A DNA stretch of 55,731 nt, counting the filler, from Jimgerdemannia flammicorona (Eukaryota), in assembly GCA_003990765.1 (NCBI GenBank). It is 3 parts of 3 records of this genome, joined end to end, with 100 filler letters (N's around TTAATTAATTAA, not from the genome) between each part and the next. Parts side by side here need not be neighbours in the genome. Positions count along the whole stretch, not along the records: positions 1 to 18,520 come from RBNJ01002191.1; positions 18,621 to 37,127 come from RBNJ01002192.1; 1 more part is not named here. One strand, given 5' to 3'. Below, piece after piece: positions 12,338 to 26,237 of this stretch. Positions within the stretch are counted from its first letter, which is position 1; every line of letters starts with the position of its first letter. The notes beneath the pieces are model-generated. The model was not told the DNA's origin and ran no database searches. It was given only the letters and a program-made list of their open reading frames with translations. The position numbers were made by a program, and so were the translations under genes.

Positions 12338-15300
12338 TTTTTTTTTTATTTTTTTTTTATTTTTTTATAGTCACTTGGACTCATCCTTTATTACACCCAT
12401 CTATCCTATATAAATACAATGAACCCACCCCTTATCCAATCCCTCTAGGGGCCCCTCCCCCCTACCCCTTCTCAATGAAACACCACTCTATTGAATATGA
12501 TTCCCACCCTTCCACCACTCTGTTCGCATATCCTTGTTACCAAACTACGCCACCACTCCCCTGAAGGACCCCAACCTATCCACCATCCAGTCAACAAATC
12601 CCCCAACAGCTCCTCCCATCTTACAACCTTCTCCAGCAGGCTCATTTGCCACCCCTCCTCAAACACAAATAGCCAATGTCCCACCAGACCCACCCAAACT
12701 GCTAATACCCACCTGACAGTGAGCCAACTATCACCCACCCCCCCCATCAGCCGAGATCTCAAGTCCTCCCAGTGATACCCTTCACCTGCTGGCCTGCGCA
12801 CCACACCCAGTCTATTCCCTATTTCAACCCAAAAGTCCCCCAAAACCTCACACTCCCCCAGCTAATGTTCCGGCATCTGTACCAAACCCCACATTGTAAC
12901 ACTCCTCACAGTCAAAACAGCCACCATCTACCAGATGCCCGGTGCAGAAATTCAGCATGACGTTCCTCTACAGCATTTGCCACCACACCACCCAGAACTT
13001 GGGGGGAAGCCACCACCACACCTCAGTACTCTAAGACCAGATACCTGCCCAGTCCCACTCCTCACCAATCCCAACTGCCTGCCAACCACATGGCCAAAGG
13101 TCCTGGCCAAGACCCTGCTGACACTCCACTCTATCTCCAATATCAAAGGTAACAAGTAGAGCACTCTCCAGAAGCAGTCTATCTCATCACCACATACAAG
13201 GACCCCACAATACCTCCCCCTCATTGCCTTGCCAGCACAGACCAATTCTGTGTACTCCATTGACCACTCCCCACCAAAAGCCCTTAAATCGCAGCTGCCG
13301 AATTCTGTTGAGCCCTACCAAGGAGAGTACATCTCCTGAGGACCCTTGGGGGGAGATCCTCATCTCCCACACCTTCTGCATCAGAAGTACCCAACCCCCT
13401 CCCTGTAGTTCAGCCGCTCTCTTCAGCCACCAGGCTTACAAGCAGTGCAACCTCTTAGGGAAATCCACAAGGCCAAGACCTCCCCTGTCTACCGGTGTCA
13501 CAAGAGTATTGCAACTGATCTGGGACCTCCTCCCTGCCCAAATCCAATCCCTAGCCACCTTTGTCAGCCTCTTCACCACCCAAGCTGGGAAGTCGAGGTA
13601 GTATGCCACATACCACAGCTTGGAGAACCAGTATGTATTCAGAATTGATATCTGCCCAGCCAGAGAGATATGGCAGCCTCCCCAACCTCGAAGAGCCTCC
13701 CACCAAATAGCCACCCTGCTCTCCCACCACCCTCGTAATAAGACAGAACCATATAAAGAGAGGAAGATACCCAGATACCATACCACCTCACCAGTAGGGA
13801 CAATTGTTCCAATAACATCCCCACCCACCAGTCTATTCTCTAGCACCATAGTCTCACACTTATGCCAGTTGTGCTTTGCCCCAGAGTGAACCTCATACCA
13901 TTCCACTGTCTCCTTAAGTGCCTCTACATCTGCCACAGACCCAAGGCCAACCACTATATCATCTGCAAAGGCCCCCACCTTTGACACTATACCATAGATA
14001 GAGAGCCCCACCACCTTCTGGCGAATCTTATCCATTAATGATTCCAATGAGAGAGCATAAAGAATAGAGGACAAGGGGTCCCCCTGAGGAACCCCTCTTC
14101 TCAAGGTAAATGCCTGACCATGGTGACAATTACACATCAGTGCTGCCCAACTGCCCTCAAGCAGATTCACCATAGAAGCCTGAAATCCAGGAGGAACACT
14201 AATACAATCCAACACCTTGCCCACCCAAACCCACTGGACCCAGTCATAGGCCTTCTCCTGATCCAAAAAGACCAATCTCCCATCCAGGCCGCAAGCCCAG
14301 GCCTCTTCAATGACACCATGCACCCAAGCAGTCCCATCTCTAATAAGCCTGCCTCCAACAAAGCCCTGCTGCTCCTTCTCTAGCACCTATTGGGCAACCT
14401 TCTGCAGCCTTGCAACAACCACCTTAGTTACCATCTTCCTGTCCATGTCCAAAAGCATGATTGGTTGCCAGTTCTTCCAGTCTTCTCTCCTCCTCTTGTC
14501 TTTGTACAATAAAGCCACCAGTCCGAGGTTCTGCTCTCCAACCCACTCACTGCTCTGAAGAATATAATCACAAAGAGCAGTCATCTCCCCCAGAATGCCG
14601 GAGACCTTGACTATCTTCTTCCAGAAGTCCCATGGTAGTCCATCCTCCCCTGGCGCTGTTCCAGTTATAGTTGCTGCAAGGACACTCTGGACCTCCTCAC
14701 CTCACACCAGCAAGGCCAAGTCATCCAGTCCAGCCACTTGTGGCGGCCTCCAGTCCCCTAATGTATCTTCAATAGCTGCCTCATCAGTACCCCCTTCATC
14801 CTCACTCCACAAACCCTGCTATCTCACTTTCAAAACCCCTAGGATTTGTTGCATACCATGTACTATGTCCCCATTGGCATCGAGGATGCCATCCCACTGA
14901 TGTCTCACCCTCCTAGTGTTGAGCAGATGAGATAAATATCTAGTAGGCCTCTCACCCTCCTCAAGCCCCTGCCACCATAGCCTAGCAGCCATACCTTACA
15001 TATGGACCTCCTTCTCTTCTCTCAGCACCTGTTGCAGTTTCAATATCTCCAATTTAATCTGCACTAACCTCCAATCCTCCACCCCATCAGAAGTAAGCAA
15101 ACCTGCCCAATCCATTTGCAATCTCCTCAGCCTGCTGGAAGCACACCTTGTGCACTTCCTCCTCCATCTCCCAGCTTCTCTCCCAGCCTCTCCCCAATAG
15201 ACCCTCACAATCTCTTTCAATCTCATCCACTGGATGCCCACTGACAAACTCTCACACCTCCAGTGAGAAACTTTTGTCTGAATATCCTCTACCTATGAAT

Positions 15301-18200
15301 CCCACAACCCTTTCTCAGCCAGTAGAGAGGAGTTGAGGTGCTAATGTCCGGGTCCATCTCCACTCCCCCCAAACTGCCCTTGTCCCAACAGTCCCCAGTG
15401 ATCAGACCATGGGCACCATTCCACCTCTAATACCTTCCAGACATTAGGCCCCCAGCATTCTGCCATCAGAATCCAGTCAATCCTTGTACCCAAGCCATTC
15501 ACCCAATGTATGTAGACCCTTGAGTTGCCCCATCATGTTCTACCCATATCCTCTAAGGAGCTCAGCCTCTCCACCTCCTCCCATGTATCCAGGCCTCCAC
15601 TTCTCCCTCCTGCACTCCTCCCACCATCAGTGCAGTCCAGATGCTGATCCTGAACCATACTAAAGTCCCCCCCAATCACATTGACCCCTTCTGCCAAGAG
15701 AACACCCTCCTCCAGCAGCCCCTCAATCCATGCAATCCTCTCACCCCTAACCACAGGGCAGTAGCAAGAGCCAACCTTCACCGACTCCCACCCTGGCCTC
15801 TGCCAATCTCCCCAGACCAAGCAGTCACCCCAGCTCCTGATTCCCTCCAAGTCACCTCTACCCTTCCTCACCAGAATCGCCACTTTTCCAAACCAAGCAG
15901 CAGCCCTGCCCCATTCTTTAGTCCACTTCACCTGATCATCCTTATCCTTATACCAAACATCCTGTAGTAAAAAGAGATCAGCCTCCAACCCCTTGAGTCA
16001 AGTAAAAATGTTCTTACACCATCCAGACCCCCTCAACCCATTCACATTCAAAGAGAAAATGTTAGTTGTACTGTTTATAAGGAATAATGTTAAAAGTGAT
16101 CCCATCCTCTACAAGTCCACATTCAGCTCCTCCTGCACCAAGTCCAATTCACATTCAGCAGCTAGTTCCCTTTCCCCAGCTTTCCATGCCTCCAACCCTC
16201 CCAGAAGTTCTACCATTGCCTCATCTTCCCTCTCCTCAAATTCCTCTCAATACTCCAGACAGACCTCCCTCCAGAGCTGCAAACCATGCCACTCAGCCCA
16301 GTAATATGTCACCTGCTCACCTGCAGCCACCACCAGCTCTGCCTTCCTTACCTCATCAACCTCATATTCCTTCTCCTTTACGAGGATCACAAAAATCTCC
16401 CCCCTCAGTGCCTCCACCACTCCCTCACCATACAGGATCCACTCCCAGTGCTCCTCAGGCATAACCCATAGGTCCACTTCTCCCAATGCATCAGCCATGA
16501 GGTTATCCATCACCTTGCTCATCCACAGCAAGTTTTCTACCTCCTTCCCTCCTAGAGTCCCTGGCCGGCCTGCATCCAACATCATAGTGTCAGCACCTAC
16601 ACTGGCAGCCTCATCCCACTCCTCCCCAGGGACATCCACCAGCTCATCCTCGCCAGCTGCCACCACCTGGCCCCCTTTTGCCACATCAGGGACCCCAAAA
16701 CGCACTTGCTGGGCCCCCTTCATCAGCACATCCTCTGATGTCCTTCTCTTTACAGCTGGGCCCCTCCTGATCAGTGGGGGGGGGGTGGAGTCCAATTCCG
16801 GCTCCCAGACCTCAAAGGTGCCATCGGCAAAAGGGTCCTTGCTCAGCACCTTCCCATCTTCTTCCTTGCCTTCCTCCACCTCCCCTACCCCTTTACTAGC
16901 CCAAACACTGGCACCTCAGCCCCAACTGCCTTCTTCTTCACCTCAACTGTCATACTTGCCAGTAGCTCCCTCTGCCTCCTGCGCCCCTGTGCCCACTCCC
17001 ACTGCCCCTTGTCCATGTGGATACACTTCCCCTCCACAACCTCCAGATGCATCAACTCCTCATACATCTTCCAGGCCCTTGCCCTCCTCGCCACAGCTCC
17101 ACTCATCTCCTCCAGCACCTCCAACAAGTCCTCCTCCTTCTCCTCACTCCCCTTCACCCTTGATACCTTACAGATGAATACCCCCCACATCAGCACAGAA
17201 GGCTAGTCACTTGCCTTCTCTGTTGCCTCCTTTCCCACCAGCCGAATCCTGACATCAATGTTACCCATCCTGATCGTTGTCCCCTCTCACACCTGAAAGC
17301 TGATATCCACTATGTCACCATACTCAATCATCACCTCCTCCACCCTCTTCCTAGTCTCCTCCTTAGTCACTATGGACACTCTCTTCACCAGAAGCTGTAC
17401 CACCCTGGGGTCCCATCTCAAGCACCACACCATGGGGACCACCACCTCCCCAACCACAACTCCAGTCTTCAGTACCTCATTCAGTGGACCAGCCTCCTCA
17501 AAGCCCACCTTGACTCCCTCCAGACCCTTCAAGAACTTCACTGAGGCTGCCCCAGCCACCTGCTTCGAAACAAGCCACAGAACTATCCCTGCCATCACTG
17601 TGAAGCCCTGGAAGCACAAGGTTACCACAAACTCCGAGATCGACTTCTTGAGCAATGGGGTCACTGCCAGCCCTGTTACACCATCTGCCAGGTCCCCCTT
17701 CTGCATCGGGAACCTATGCCCCACCTGGCTATCAGCCATTACATCTCCTTTTTTTTCCTGATTCCCTGTCACACTCCCATCAACAGTTATACCACCAGCT
17801 GCAGCACCTTCAGCCCCTACACCTGCACTCCCAGCTAGAGTACCTCCCCCCCTCCCAAGGCTCATCTTGCCCTTCCCCTCAGCAGCACCAGCCCTATTAC
17901 CAGCTGGCCACCCACTCCCCTTAACCTTGTCTGCAAAGCTTGGGGGACTAGATCTTCCCCCATTACCACTAGACACCAGTCCTCCTCCAGAGCTTTCTCC
18001 ATTTCTTGGCCCTCCAAAGGCCCCTATCTCCAGGCCATAACCCCTTCCCACCTACTGCCAGTTGAAGGCCCTAGATCCACTCAACCTAGTATGCTCACCT
18101 ATATGGTCATTGCTCTCCATGTTGCTAGTCACCTTTCACCAAAAACGTTGTCGAAAGTATTGTCTGAGTCTTGTGTCACCTGAATGTTACCAGTGAAAGG
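12338..18200 (-). mobile_element. Full-length LINE copy A3
   Basis: Poly(T) from 12338. ORF2 start decayed to ATA at 16078. ORF1 ATG 18120 (MESNDHIG...) to stop 16109. 5' end cctttcactggtaacattcag. TSD tgcca(a)tgtcccac at 12324-12337 and 18201-18213. Confidence 0.93.
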
Positions 18201-18388
18201 TGCCATGTCCCACTAGGTCTAGTCATATTGCCAGAACCCACCTTAGAGTATACCACTTATTCCTAATCCCCCCCACTATCCTCTGTTTCAATTGGTCTCA
18301 GCAGTTCTCCCCCCAAGTTCTATATACCCTCTCCAACCTCTGGGCTACTCCCTCCCAGAAGCCCCAAAGTACCTCACACTCTTCCAAC
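18201..18388 (-). mobile_element. Continuation of the old LINE interrupted by A3
   Basis: Resumes at the TSD and is homologous to the ORF2 region just after the zinc finger. Confidence 0.75.
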
Positions 18389-18520
18389 TAGTGCTCCTAA
18401 CGAGTCAATTTAATCCGGATTGGATTCGGATTGATTCGGATTGAATCCCATCCGGATCAACTCGGATGGGATTCGAATCCCATCCGGATGGATTCGAATC
18501 GGATTCGAATCGGATTCGAA
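18389..18520. mobile_element. hAT-type element end, truncated by contig end
   Basis: TAGTGCTCCTAACGAGTCAA terminus, near-identical to 43221, followed by CpG-rich GGATTCGAATC subterminal repeats. Confidence 0.8.
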
Positions 18521-18620
18521 NNNNNNNNNNNNNNNNNNNNNNNNNNNNNNNNNNNNNNNNNNNNTTAATTAATTAANNNNNNNNNNNNNNNNNNNNNNNN
18601 NNNNNNNNNNNNNNNNNNNN
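18521..18620. other. Artificial contig linker N44-TTAATTAATTAA-N44
   Basis: Exactly 100 bp with a six-frame stop 12-mer at 18565-18576. Confidence 0.95.
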
Positions 18621-18699
18621 TTTTTTTTGCAGCCAAATTTGGCTACATTTCAATACCAACAAAGAGATAATTATAAAAATTATAAAGATAGATATCAAA

Positions 18700-18885
18700 G
18701 AATAATGAAAAACTATAGGATAATAGAATACTAAGAGACTATAACTATAGAAGAGAGACTGCAGAATAAGAGACTATAAGATGAGAGACTATAGAATAAG
18801 AGACTATGAGATAATAGATAATAGACTATAGAATAGTTAGATAATAGATAGTAGAATTACAAGATAGATAGATAGATAGCTAACT
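18700..18885. repeat. Degenerate short tandem repeat, ~15-bp GAGACTATAGAATAA
   Basis: Repeated gagactatag/gagactataag/gagactatgag units grading into (GATA)n. Confidence 0.65.
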
Positions 18886-18893
18886 ATGGTCAG

Positions 18894-21800
18894 CCTTTCT
18901 CTTGTACAATTCACATTACATCAACTTCAAACAACAGTTTACGACATAACTTGGAGAAAAAGTATTATAAAAATATCATCAAGCAAGAGTTCTGATAGGT
19001 ATGCTGGATTGGATAGACCTGGGGCTTTCAGCTGACAGAATGTAGGGAGGGGTTATGGCCTGGAGATGGGGGCCTTTGGAGGGTCGAAAGGTAGTGAGAA
19101 CTCTAGAGGTAGACCAGTGTCTGGTAGCAATGGGGGAAGGCCTGGTCCCCTAAGCTTTGTGGATAAGGTGAAGGGGAGTGAGTGGCCAGCTAGATCTAGA
19201 ATAGGTGCTGCTGAAGGGAAAGATAAGGTGAGCCTAGGGAGGGGGAGAGGTACTTAGGTGAAAGATGCAAGTATAGGTGCTAGAGATGCTGTGGCTGGGG
19301 GTGGGACAGCTGATAGAAGTGTGATAGAGAATTGGGAGAAAAAAAGAGATGTGATGGCTGATGACAGAGTAGAGCAGGGGTTTCCAATGTGGAAGGGAGA
19401 CCTGGCTGATGGTATAATGAGGCTGGTGGTGGCATTATTACTCAGGAAATCAAACTTGGAGTTTGCAGTGACACTGTGCTTCTGAGGCTTAGCAGTGATG
19501 GTGAGAATGGTCTTGGAGCTTATCTCAAAGCAAGTGGCTGGGGCTATCTCAGTAAAGTTCCTAAAGGGTCTGGAGGGGATTAAGGTGGGCTTTAAGGAGG
19601 TAGGTCTACTGGAGGAAGCTCTGAAGACTAGAGTGGCTATTGGGGAGGTGGTGGTCTCCATAGTGTACTGCCTGAGGTGGGACCCCAGGGTAGTGCAGCT
19701 GCTAGTGAAGGGGGTGCCTACAGTGATGAGAGAGGAAACTAGAAGGAGGGTGGAGGAGGTGATGGCAGAGTATAGCGATATGGTAGATATTGGTTTCCAG
19801 GTATAAGAGGAGACCTCTATCAGGATAGGTAATGTGGATGTGAGGATTCAACTGGCTGGAAGGAAAGCTACAGAGAAGATGAGTGACTGGCCCTCAGTAT
19901 TGATGTGGGGGGTCTTTGTCTGTAAGGTGTCTAGGGTGAGAGGGAGTAGCAAGGAGGAAGAGAACTTATTGGAGACTCTGGAGAAGTTAAGTGGTACTGT
20001 TGAGAGGAGGGTGAAGGCCTGGAAATTGTATGAGGAGTTAACACATCTGGAGATTGTAGATGGGAAGTGTATTTGCACAGACAAGGGGCAGTAGGAGCAG
20101 GCCCAGGGGCATATAAGGCAGAGAGAGCTATTGGCAAGTATGAAAGGAGGGGTAAAGAAGAAGGTAGATAGAGCTAAGGAGTCTGGAAGTATCAAAGCCA
20201 GTATCTGGGCTAGTAAATAAGGAGAAGAGGTAAAGGCAAACAAGAAAGTAGCTAGGAAGGTGCCAAGCAAGGACCTCTATGCAGATGGTACATTCAAAGT
20301 CTGAGAGCAGGATGTGGATACCACCCCCCCCCCTCTTATTAGGAGGGGCCCAGTGGTGAAGAGAGGGGCAGTGGAGGATGTGCTGATAAGGAGGGCCCAG
20401 TAAGTATACTTTGGGGTCTCCAATATAGCAAAAGGGGGCCAGGTGGTGGCAGTTGGCAAGGATGAGCTGGTGAATATCTCAGAGGAGGAGTGGGATGAGA
20501 CTGCCAGTATAGGAGCTGATACCACAATATTAGATACAGGGTGGTCAGAGACTCCAGGAGGGAAGGAGGTGAGGAACTTGCTGTGGATGAGTAAGGTGAT
20601 AGATAACCTCATGGCTGAGGAGTTGGGAGAAGTGGACCTGCATATGATGCCTGAAGAGTATTGGGTGTAGATTCTGTGTAGAGATGGAGTAATGGAGACA
20701 CTGAAGGTGGAGATTCTTGTAATTTTCATGGAGGAGGAGGAATACAAGGTTGATAAGGTAAGAAGGCAGAGCTGGCAGTTGTTGCTGGTGAGCAGACTGC
20801 CTACTGTTGGGTGGAGCATCATAGTTTGCAGCTCTGGCAGGAGGCCTGTCTGGAGTATTGTAAGGACTTTGAGAAGAAAGAGGATGGGGTGATAGCTGAA
20901 CTTCTGGGAGGGTTGGTGGTACAGGAAGCTGAAGAGAAGGGACTAGCTGCAGAACATGACTTGGACTTGGTACAGGAGGAGTTGAATGTGGATTTGTAGA
21001 GGAGGAGATTGATAAATAACATTATTTCTTATAAACAGTACAACTAATATTTTCTCTCTGAATGTGAATGAGTTATGGGGATCTGAGCAGCATAAAAATA
21101 TTTTTGCTTGGTTCAAAGGATTGGAAGCTGATCTCTTTTTACTATAGGATATATGGTGTGAGGATGAGGATGATTGGATAGAGTGGACTAGGAAATGGAG
21201 TGGAACTACTGCTTGGTTTAGCAAAGTGGCAATTTTGGTGAAGAAGGATAGAGAAGACTTGGGGGAAATCAGGAGCTAGGGTAATTGATTGGTCTGGGGA
21301 GAATGGCATTGGCCAGAGTGGGAATCAGTGAGGGTTGGCTCCTACTACTGTCCTGCAGTTAGGGGCAAGAAGATTGCATGGATTAAGGAGCTACTGGAGG
21401 AGGGAATTCTCTTGGAGGAAGGAGTTGATGTTCTTGGTAGTGATTTCAATATGGTTCAGGATCTGTGACAAGATAGAACTGATGGAGAGAGGAATGCAGG
21501 TAGGAGAAGTGGTGGTCTAGATGCATAAGAGGAGGTAGAGAATCTTAGCTCCTTAGGGAATAGGGGCAGAACTTGGTGGGGCAATGCAAGGGTCTACACA
21601 CATTGAGTAAATGGCTTAGATATGAGAATTGACTGGATTCTGATGGCAGACTGTTAGGGTGCTGATGTTTGGAAGACTTTAGAGGTAGAGTAGTGCTCAT
21701 GGTCAGATCACTGAAGACTGTTAGGGCAGAGACAGTTTGGGGGGAGTGGAGATGGACCTGGACATTGGTACCTTAACTCCTCTCTGCTGGCTGAGAAGGG

Positions 21801-23859
21801 GTTGTAGGACTTATGGATGGAGGATATTCAGGTGAAGGTTCCTATCTAGAGGTATGAGAGTTTATCTATAGGTGTCCATTGGATGAGGTTAAAAGAGGCT
21901 ATAAGGGTCTATTGGGGAGGAGCTGGTAGAGAGGCTGGGAGGTGAAGGAGAAAGCACATATAGTGTGCTTCAAATAGGCTGATGAGATTGCAGATGGAAT
22001 GGGCTGATTTGCTTACTTCTGATGAGGTGGTGGATTGGAGGTTAGAGTGGGCAAAATTGGAGATAGTGGAACTGCAATAGGTATTGAGAGAGGAGAAAGA
22101 GGCTCATATGCAAGGAATGGCTGCCAGGCTAAGATGGCAGGAGCTTGAGGAGAGAAAGCAGCCTACTAGGTACTTGTCTAGGCTCCTCAAAGCTAGGAGA
22201 GTGTGACATAGATGGAAAGGGGTCTTGGATGCCAAGGGGGATATGGTGCATGGCATGCAACTGATCTTGGGGGTTTTGAAGGAGAGATGGCAGGGTCTGT
22301 AGAGTGAGAAAGAAGGGGGTGCTAATGAGGAGGCAATTAGAGATACACTGGAGGAGTAGAAGCCACTGTGGGTGGAGGGACTAGGAGACTTGATCTTACT
22401 GATCCAAGAGGAGGAGATCTAGAGTGTCCTTGTGGTAACTAAGCTTGAGACAGCACCAGGGGAGGATGAATTACCTTGGGACTTCTGGAAGAAGATGGTG
22501 AAGGTCTCTGGAGTATTAGAAGAGATGGCTGCCCTCTATGACCACATTCTTCTGAATGGTAAGTGGGTTGGAGAGCAGGACTTGGGGTTGGTGGTCTTAT
22601 TGTACAAATACAAGGGCAGGCAAGAGAACTGGAAGAACTGGTGACCAATCATGCTTTTAGATATGGACCAGAAGTTGGTAACTAAGGTGATTGTTGCAAG
22701 ACTATAGAAGGTTGCTCAACAGGTGCTGAGTGAGGAGCAGCAGGGCTTTGTAGGAGATAGACTTATCAGAGATGAGACTGCCTGGGTGTATAGCATTATT
22801 GAAGGGGTCTGGGCTTGTAGACTAGATGGTATACTGGTCTTTTTGGACCAGGAGAAGGCCTATGACTGTGTTCAGTAGGTATGGCTGGGTGAGGTATTGG
22901 TGTCCTGTCACAGTTTCAGACTTCTATATTGAATTTGTTGGAGGGTAGTAGGGCAGTACTGATGTATAATGGGCAGGGGTTTGGCTTTTCTCTTGGAGAG
23001 AGGAGTTTCTCAAGGAGACCCACTGTCTCCTATTCTCTATACCCTTTCACTAGAACCTTTGATAGATAGGATCCATTAGAAGATGACCAGGCTCTCTTTG
23101 TATAATGTAGTGTAGAAGGTGGGGGCCTTTGTGGATGATATAGTAGTTGGACTTGGATCAGTGGCAGATGTTAGGGCACTTAAGGAAACAGTGGAATGGT
23201 ATGAAGTATACTCTGGGGTGAAACTTAACTGGCATAAGTGTGAAATAATAGTTCTGGGGAATGGGCTAGTGGGAGGGGATATCTGGAACAATTGTCCCTA
23301 CAGAAGAGATGGTGCAGTATTTCAGTATCTTTTTTTCTGTTTATGGATCAGTCTTACTATAAGTTTGATGAGAGAGGAGGGTAGCCATTTGGGGGGAGGC
23401 TCTACATAGTTGGGGAGGTCATCACATCTCCCTGGTAGGGCAGGTGTCAATCCTGAATGCTTACTGATTTCCCAAGCTATAGTATGTGGCATATCACTTA
23501 GACTTTCTGGCCTGGGTAGTAAAGAGGCTAATGAAACTAGCTAGGGATTGGATTTGGACAGGAAGAAGGTCTCAGATCTGTTGGGATATCCTTATAGAGC
23601 TGATAACTAGAGGAGGCCTAGGCCTTATGAATTTCCCTAAGTGGCTATACTGTCTGCGAGCTTGGTGGTTGAAAAAGACTGTTGAAATACAGGGAGGAGA
23701 TTGGATACTACTGATACAGAAGGTGTGGGAGAAGAGATTCTCCCCCCAGAAGTCCTCAGGAGATTTGCTCTCTCTGGTGGATCTGAACGGAAGCTGATGG
23801 CTAAGGTATAAGGGCTTCTGGTAGGGGGTGATAGATGGAGCACACCAGATAGGCCTGCA
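18894..23859 (+). mobile_element. LINE copy B1, 5' end present, cut off late in ORF2 by a hAT-type end
   Basis: 5' cctttctc motif shared with the other full-length copies. ORF1 stop 20997-20999, ORF2 start decayed to ATA at 21031. EN and RT motifs with many stops. Confidence 0.9.
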
Positions 23860-24030
23860 TAGTGCTCCAAATAGATGGAGTTGATCCAGATGAGATTCAA
23901 TTCAGATTCATCATATGGTAGATTTGAATCAACTCAGATTGGTCTCATGATCTGATCTGAATTGATCCAGATTGATCCATCCAGATTGGTCCATTCAGAT
24001 TGGTCTATCTGGATTATCATCCAGATTGAA
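23860..24030. mobile_element. hAT-type element end; partner end not found
   Basis: TAGTGCTCCAAA terminus, then decayed gattcaattc/gatccagatt subterminal repeats like those at 18389 and 43221. Confidence 0.7.
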
Positions 24031-24879
24031 ATCTTTAGTGACATCACTCTTTCTTTTGTTCATTTCACTCTTGTTTTTTTTTTTTTTTCCATACTTTGGT
24101 AACATCACTCTTTTCTTTTGCTCTCTCTCTTCTTTTGTTCTTTTCTTTGTTATTTTTCTTTGTTCTTTTCTGCTGCATTATGAGTAAACAAAACAGCAGC
24201 CCTTAATTCATACATTGGTCCAGTCTACTCATTTTTCACCCTGCAATGATTGTCAAAAGAGGGAGTATTCGAGGTAGAAATGCACTCTCTGCTGACAATG
24301 TTAGATTCTTTCTCATATGGACAGCACACAAGCTACTCATTGAGAGCCAAAGGGGTGATGGTGGTGGTAATGGCAGTGGCAATAGCGGGGATGAGAGAGA
24401 ATTCCAGCAACAACTCACAGTGGCCCTTCAGATCTCAGAATTCACAGACCTCACAGCTATATATACAGCAGCCTTTTTGGAGTAGCCAATAGTAGATGTA
24501 GGTTGCTCACTCAGCAACCACTTGTTTACTTGTGTTTATTTAAATTTCCCCAGTATAACCCAATTCACCTCATGCTTTTCTTAGAGTCTACAGCTCTATA
24601 GTGAGATCTGCCAACTTTATTCACAACATCTGATTAAGATGAAGAAAGGCTGGTAGACATTGTGGGGTATGCCTTTGGTGGCTAAGCTGTTGAGTCAATG
24701 TATCGCATGGTAGAGATCTCAAAAGGAACAGAAGCAAGCCTTCATGAGCAATCTTATGCAACTTGTGCAACTTGTTGATATACAGCTCACTCACTCACTC
24801 ACTCATGCTTTTTTTCTGAAATACCCATCTCTGTGTTTTATTTAATTTCATTTTTATATGGTCTCCCCCTAAAAACACC

Positions 24880-25012
24880 CACACCTACATGCAATCTATC
24901 TGCACACAACCCATCTGCATGCAACCTGCCTATACATAACCTGTCTGCACATAATCCATCTGCATACAACTCATCCACATATAACCCATTTGCATGCAAC
25001 CCATCTGCATAC
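24880..25012. repeat. 15-bp minisatellite (CAACCCATCTGCATR), ~9 units
   Basis: Visible tandem units; appears as the NPSAH/NPSAY repeats in ORF 24833..25105. Confidence 0.8.
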
Positions 25013-26040
25013 TTATCTCAGTCCCTCAGATCAGGGCTCAGTTCTATTGGAAAGGAGAGTTCAAAGTTATCTGAGTTTAACTACATCTGGTATCTGATCA
25101 AATAGAGAAATTCAAGGGCAAGATATTCAGCATAAGCAGTACCAGCATCATTATCAAGGCTTGGGGGTTGACATTTGAATCAGAGCCAATTGTTCTTGAC
25201 CAAGGGGTCCATTGGCCAGCAGAAGTAACCAATGATAAAGAGAACTATATCATTATTAATGAATGTAGAGAGGTGGTTATGATAATGATAAGGAACCTCT
25301 ATGGTGATGAGCTTCACTGCCACATCAATGAGATTTACAAGGATTGTATCAAATACCAGATGGTAGGAAAGAGAGGGTGACACCGGTAACATTCAGGTGA
25401 CACAAGACTCAGGTAATACTTTCAACAACGTTTTTGGTGAAAGGCGACTAGCAACATAGAGAGCAATGACTATATAGGTATGTGTACTAGGTCGGGGGGA
25501 TCTAGGGCCTTCAACTGGCAGCAGGTGGGAAGGGGTTATGGCCTGGGGATGGGGGTCTTTTGTAAGAGGGTTGCTTTTTAGGGTAACTGTTATGTAGTTC
25601 TAGATAGAATTTCTGGAAGTTCTGGATATTCTGGAAGACTGTTTTCTTTATGGTCAAGATCAATTTCGTATGGAGTATGTCCTCTATACTTATTGATTTC
25701 AAGATTGGGTTAACGTCTCAACCAAAGTCCTTTTTCAGACTAGTTCTGGATGTTCAGGATTTTCCATATTTCAGAAACTTCAAGAAACTAAGACCAGCTT
25801 AGTTGAATCGGTATATCGCTGCAGACAATACCCAATTAGGAAATTTCGTGATGGGGTTAGGAGTGAGACCTAACAAGGAGTGGATTCACTTAAGGGTGGT
25901 TTGTGGGTTATTGAATAGGTTTATTTGCTATTCATGATATTGCTATACTAGGAGTAGTTGTGTGAAGGGATATTGTGGGGAAGTATTCAGGAATGTTCTT
26001 ATGTATTCGAGTCTGAGATTCTGAGGTCTGGGGGAGTGGG

Positions 26041-26174
26041 TATTTATACTAGTGAGGGGCTATCTGGACTATACTGAATATGGACGTAGCACTAAGTGCT
26101 TTGCTGAGTCGGAATGCAGTTATATAGTGCAAGTGTGATCTGATATATTAAGAGATCGTCTGACTGCTGAGTCA
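26041..26174 (-). promoter_or_regulatory. Putative main LTR promoter
   Basis: Minus-strand TATAAATA at 26048-26041, TGAGTCA at 26168-26174, minus-strand AATAAA at 25925-25920 as possible poly(A) signal. The TATA and TGAGTCA motifs are also in copy 2. Confidence 0.5.
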
Positions 26175-26237
26175 GTTCACAGTCATATCATATAAAGCTA
26201 ATCTAACTATACTATGACTGCTAGACTATTTATGGGT

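Noticed and set aside
24190..24800. Possible coding remnant after the 23860 hAT end
   Set aside because: No recognisable motif or sustained frame in the frames I translated.
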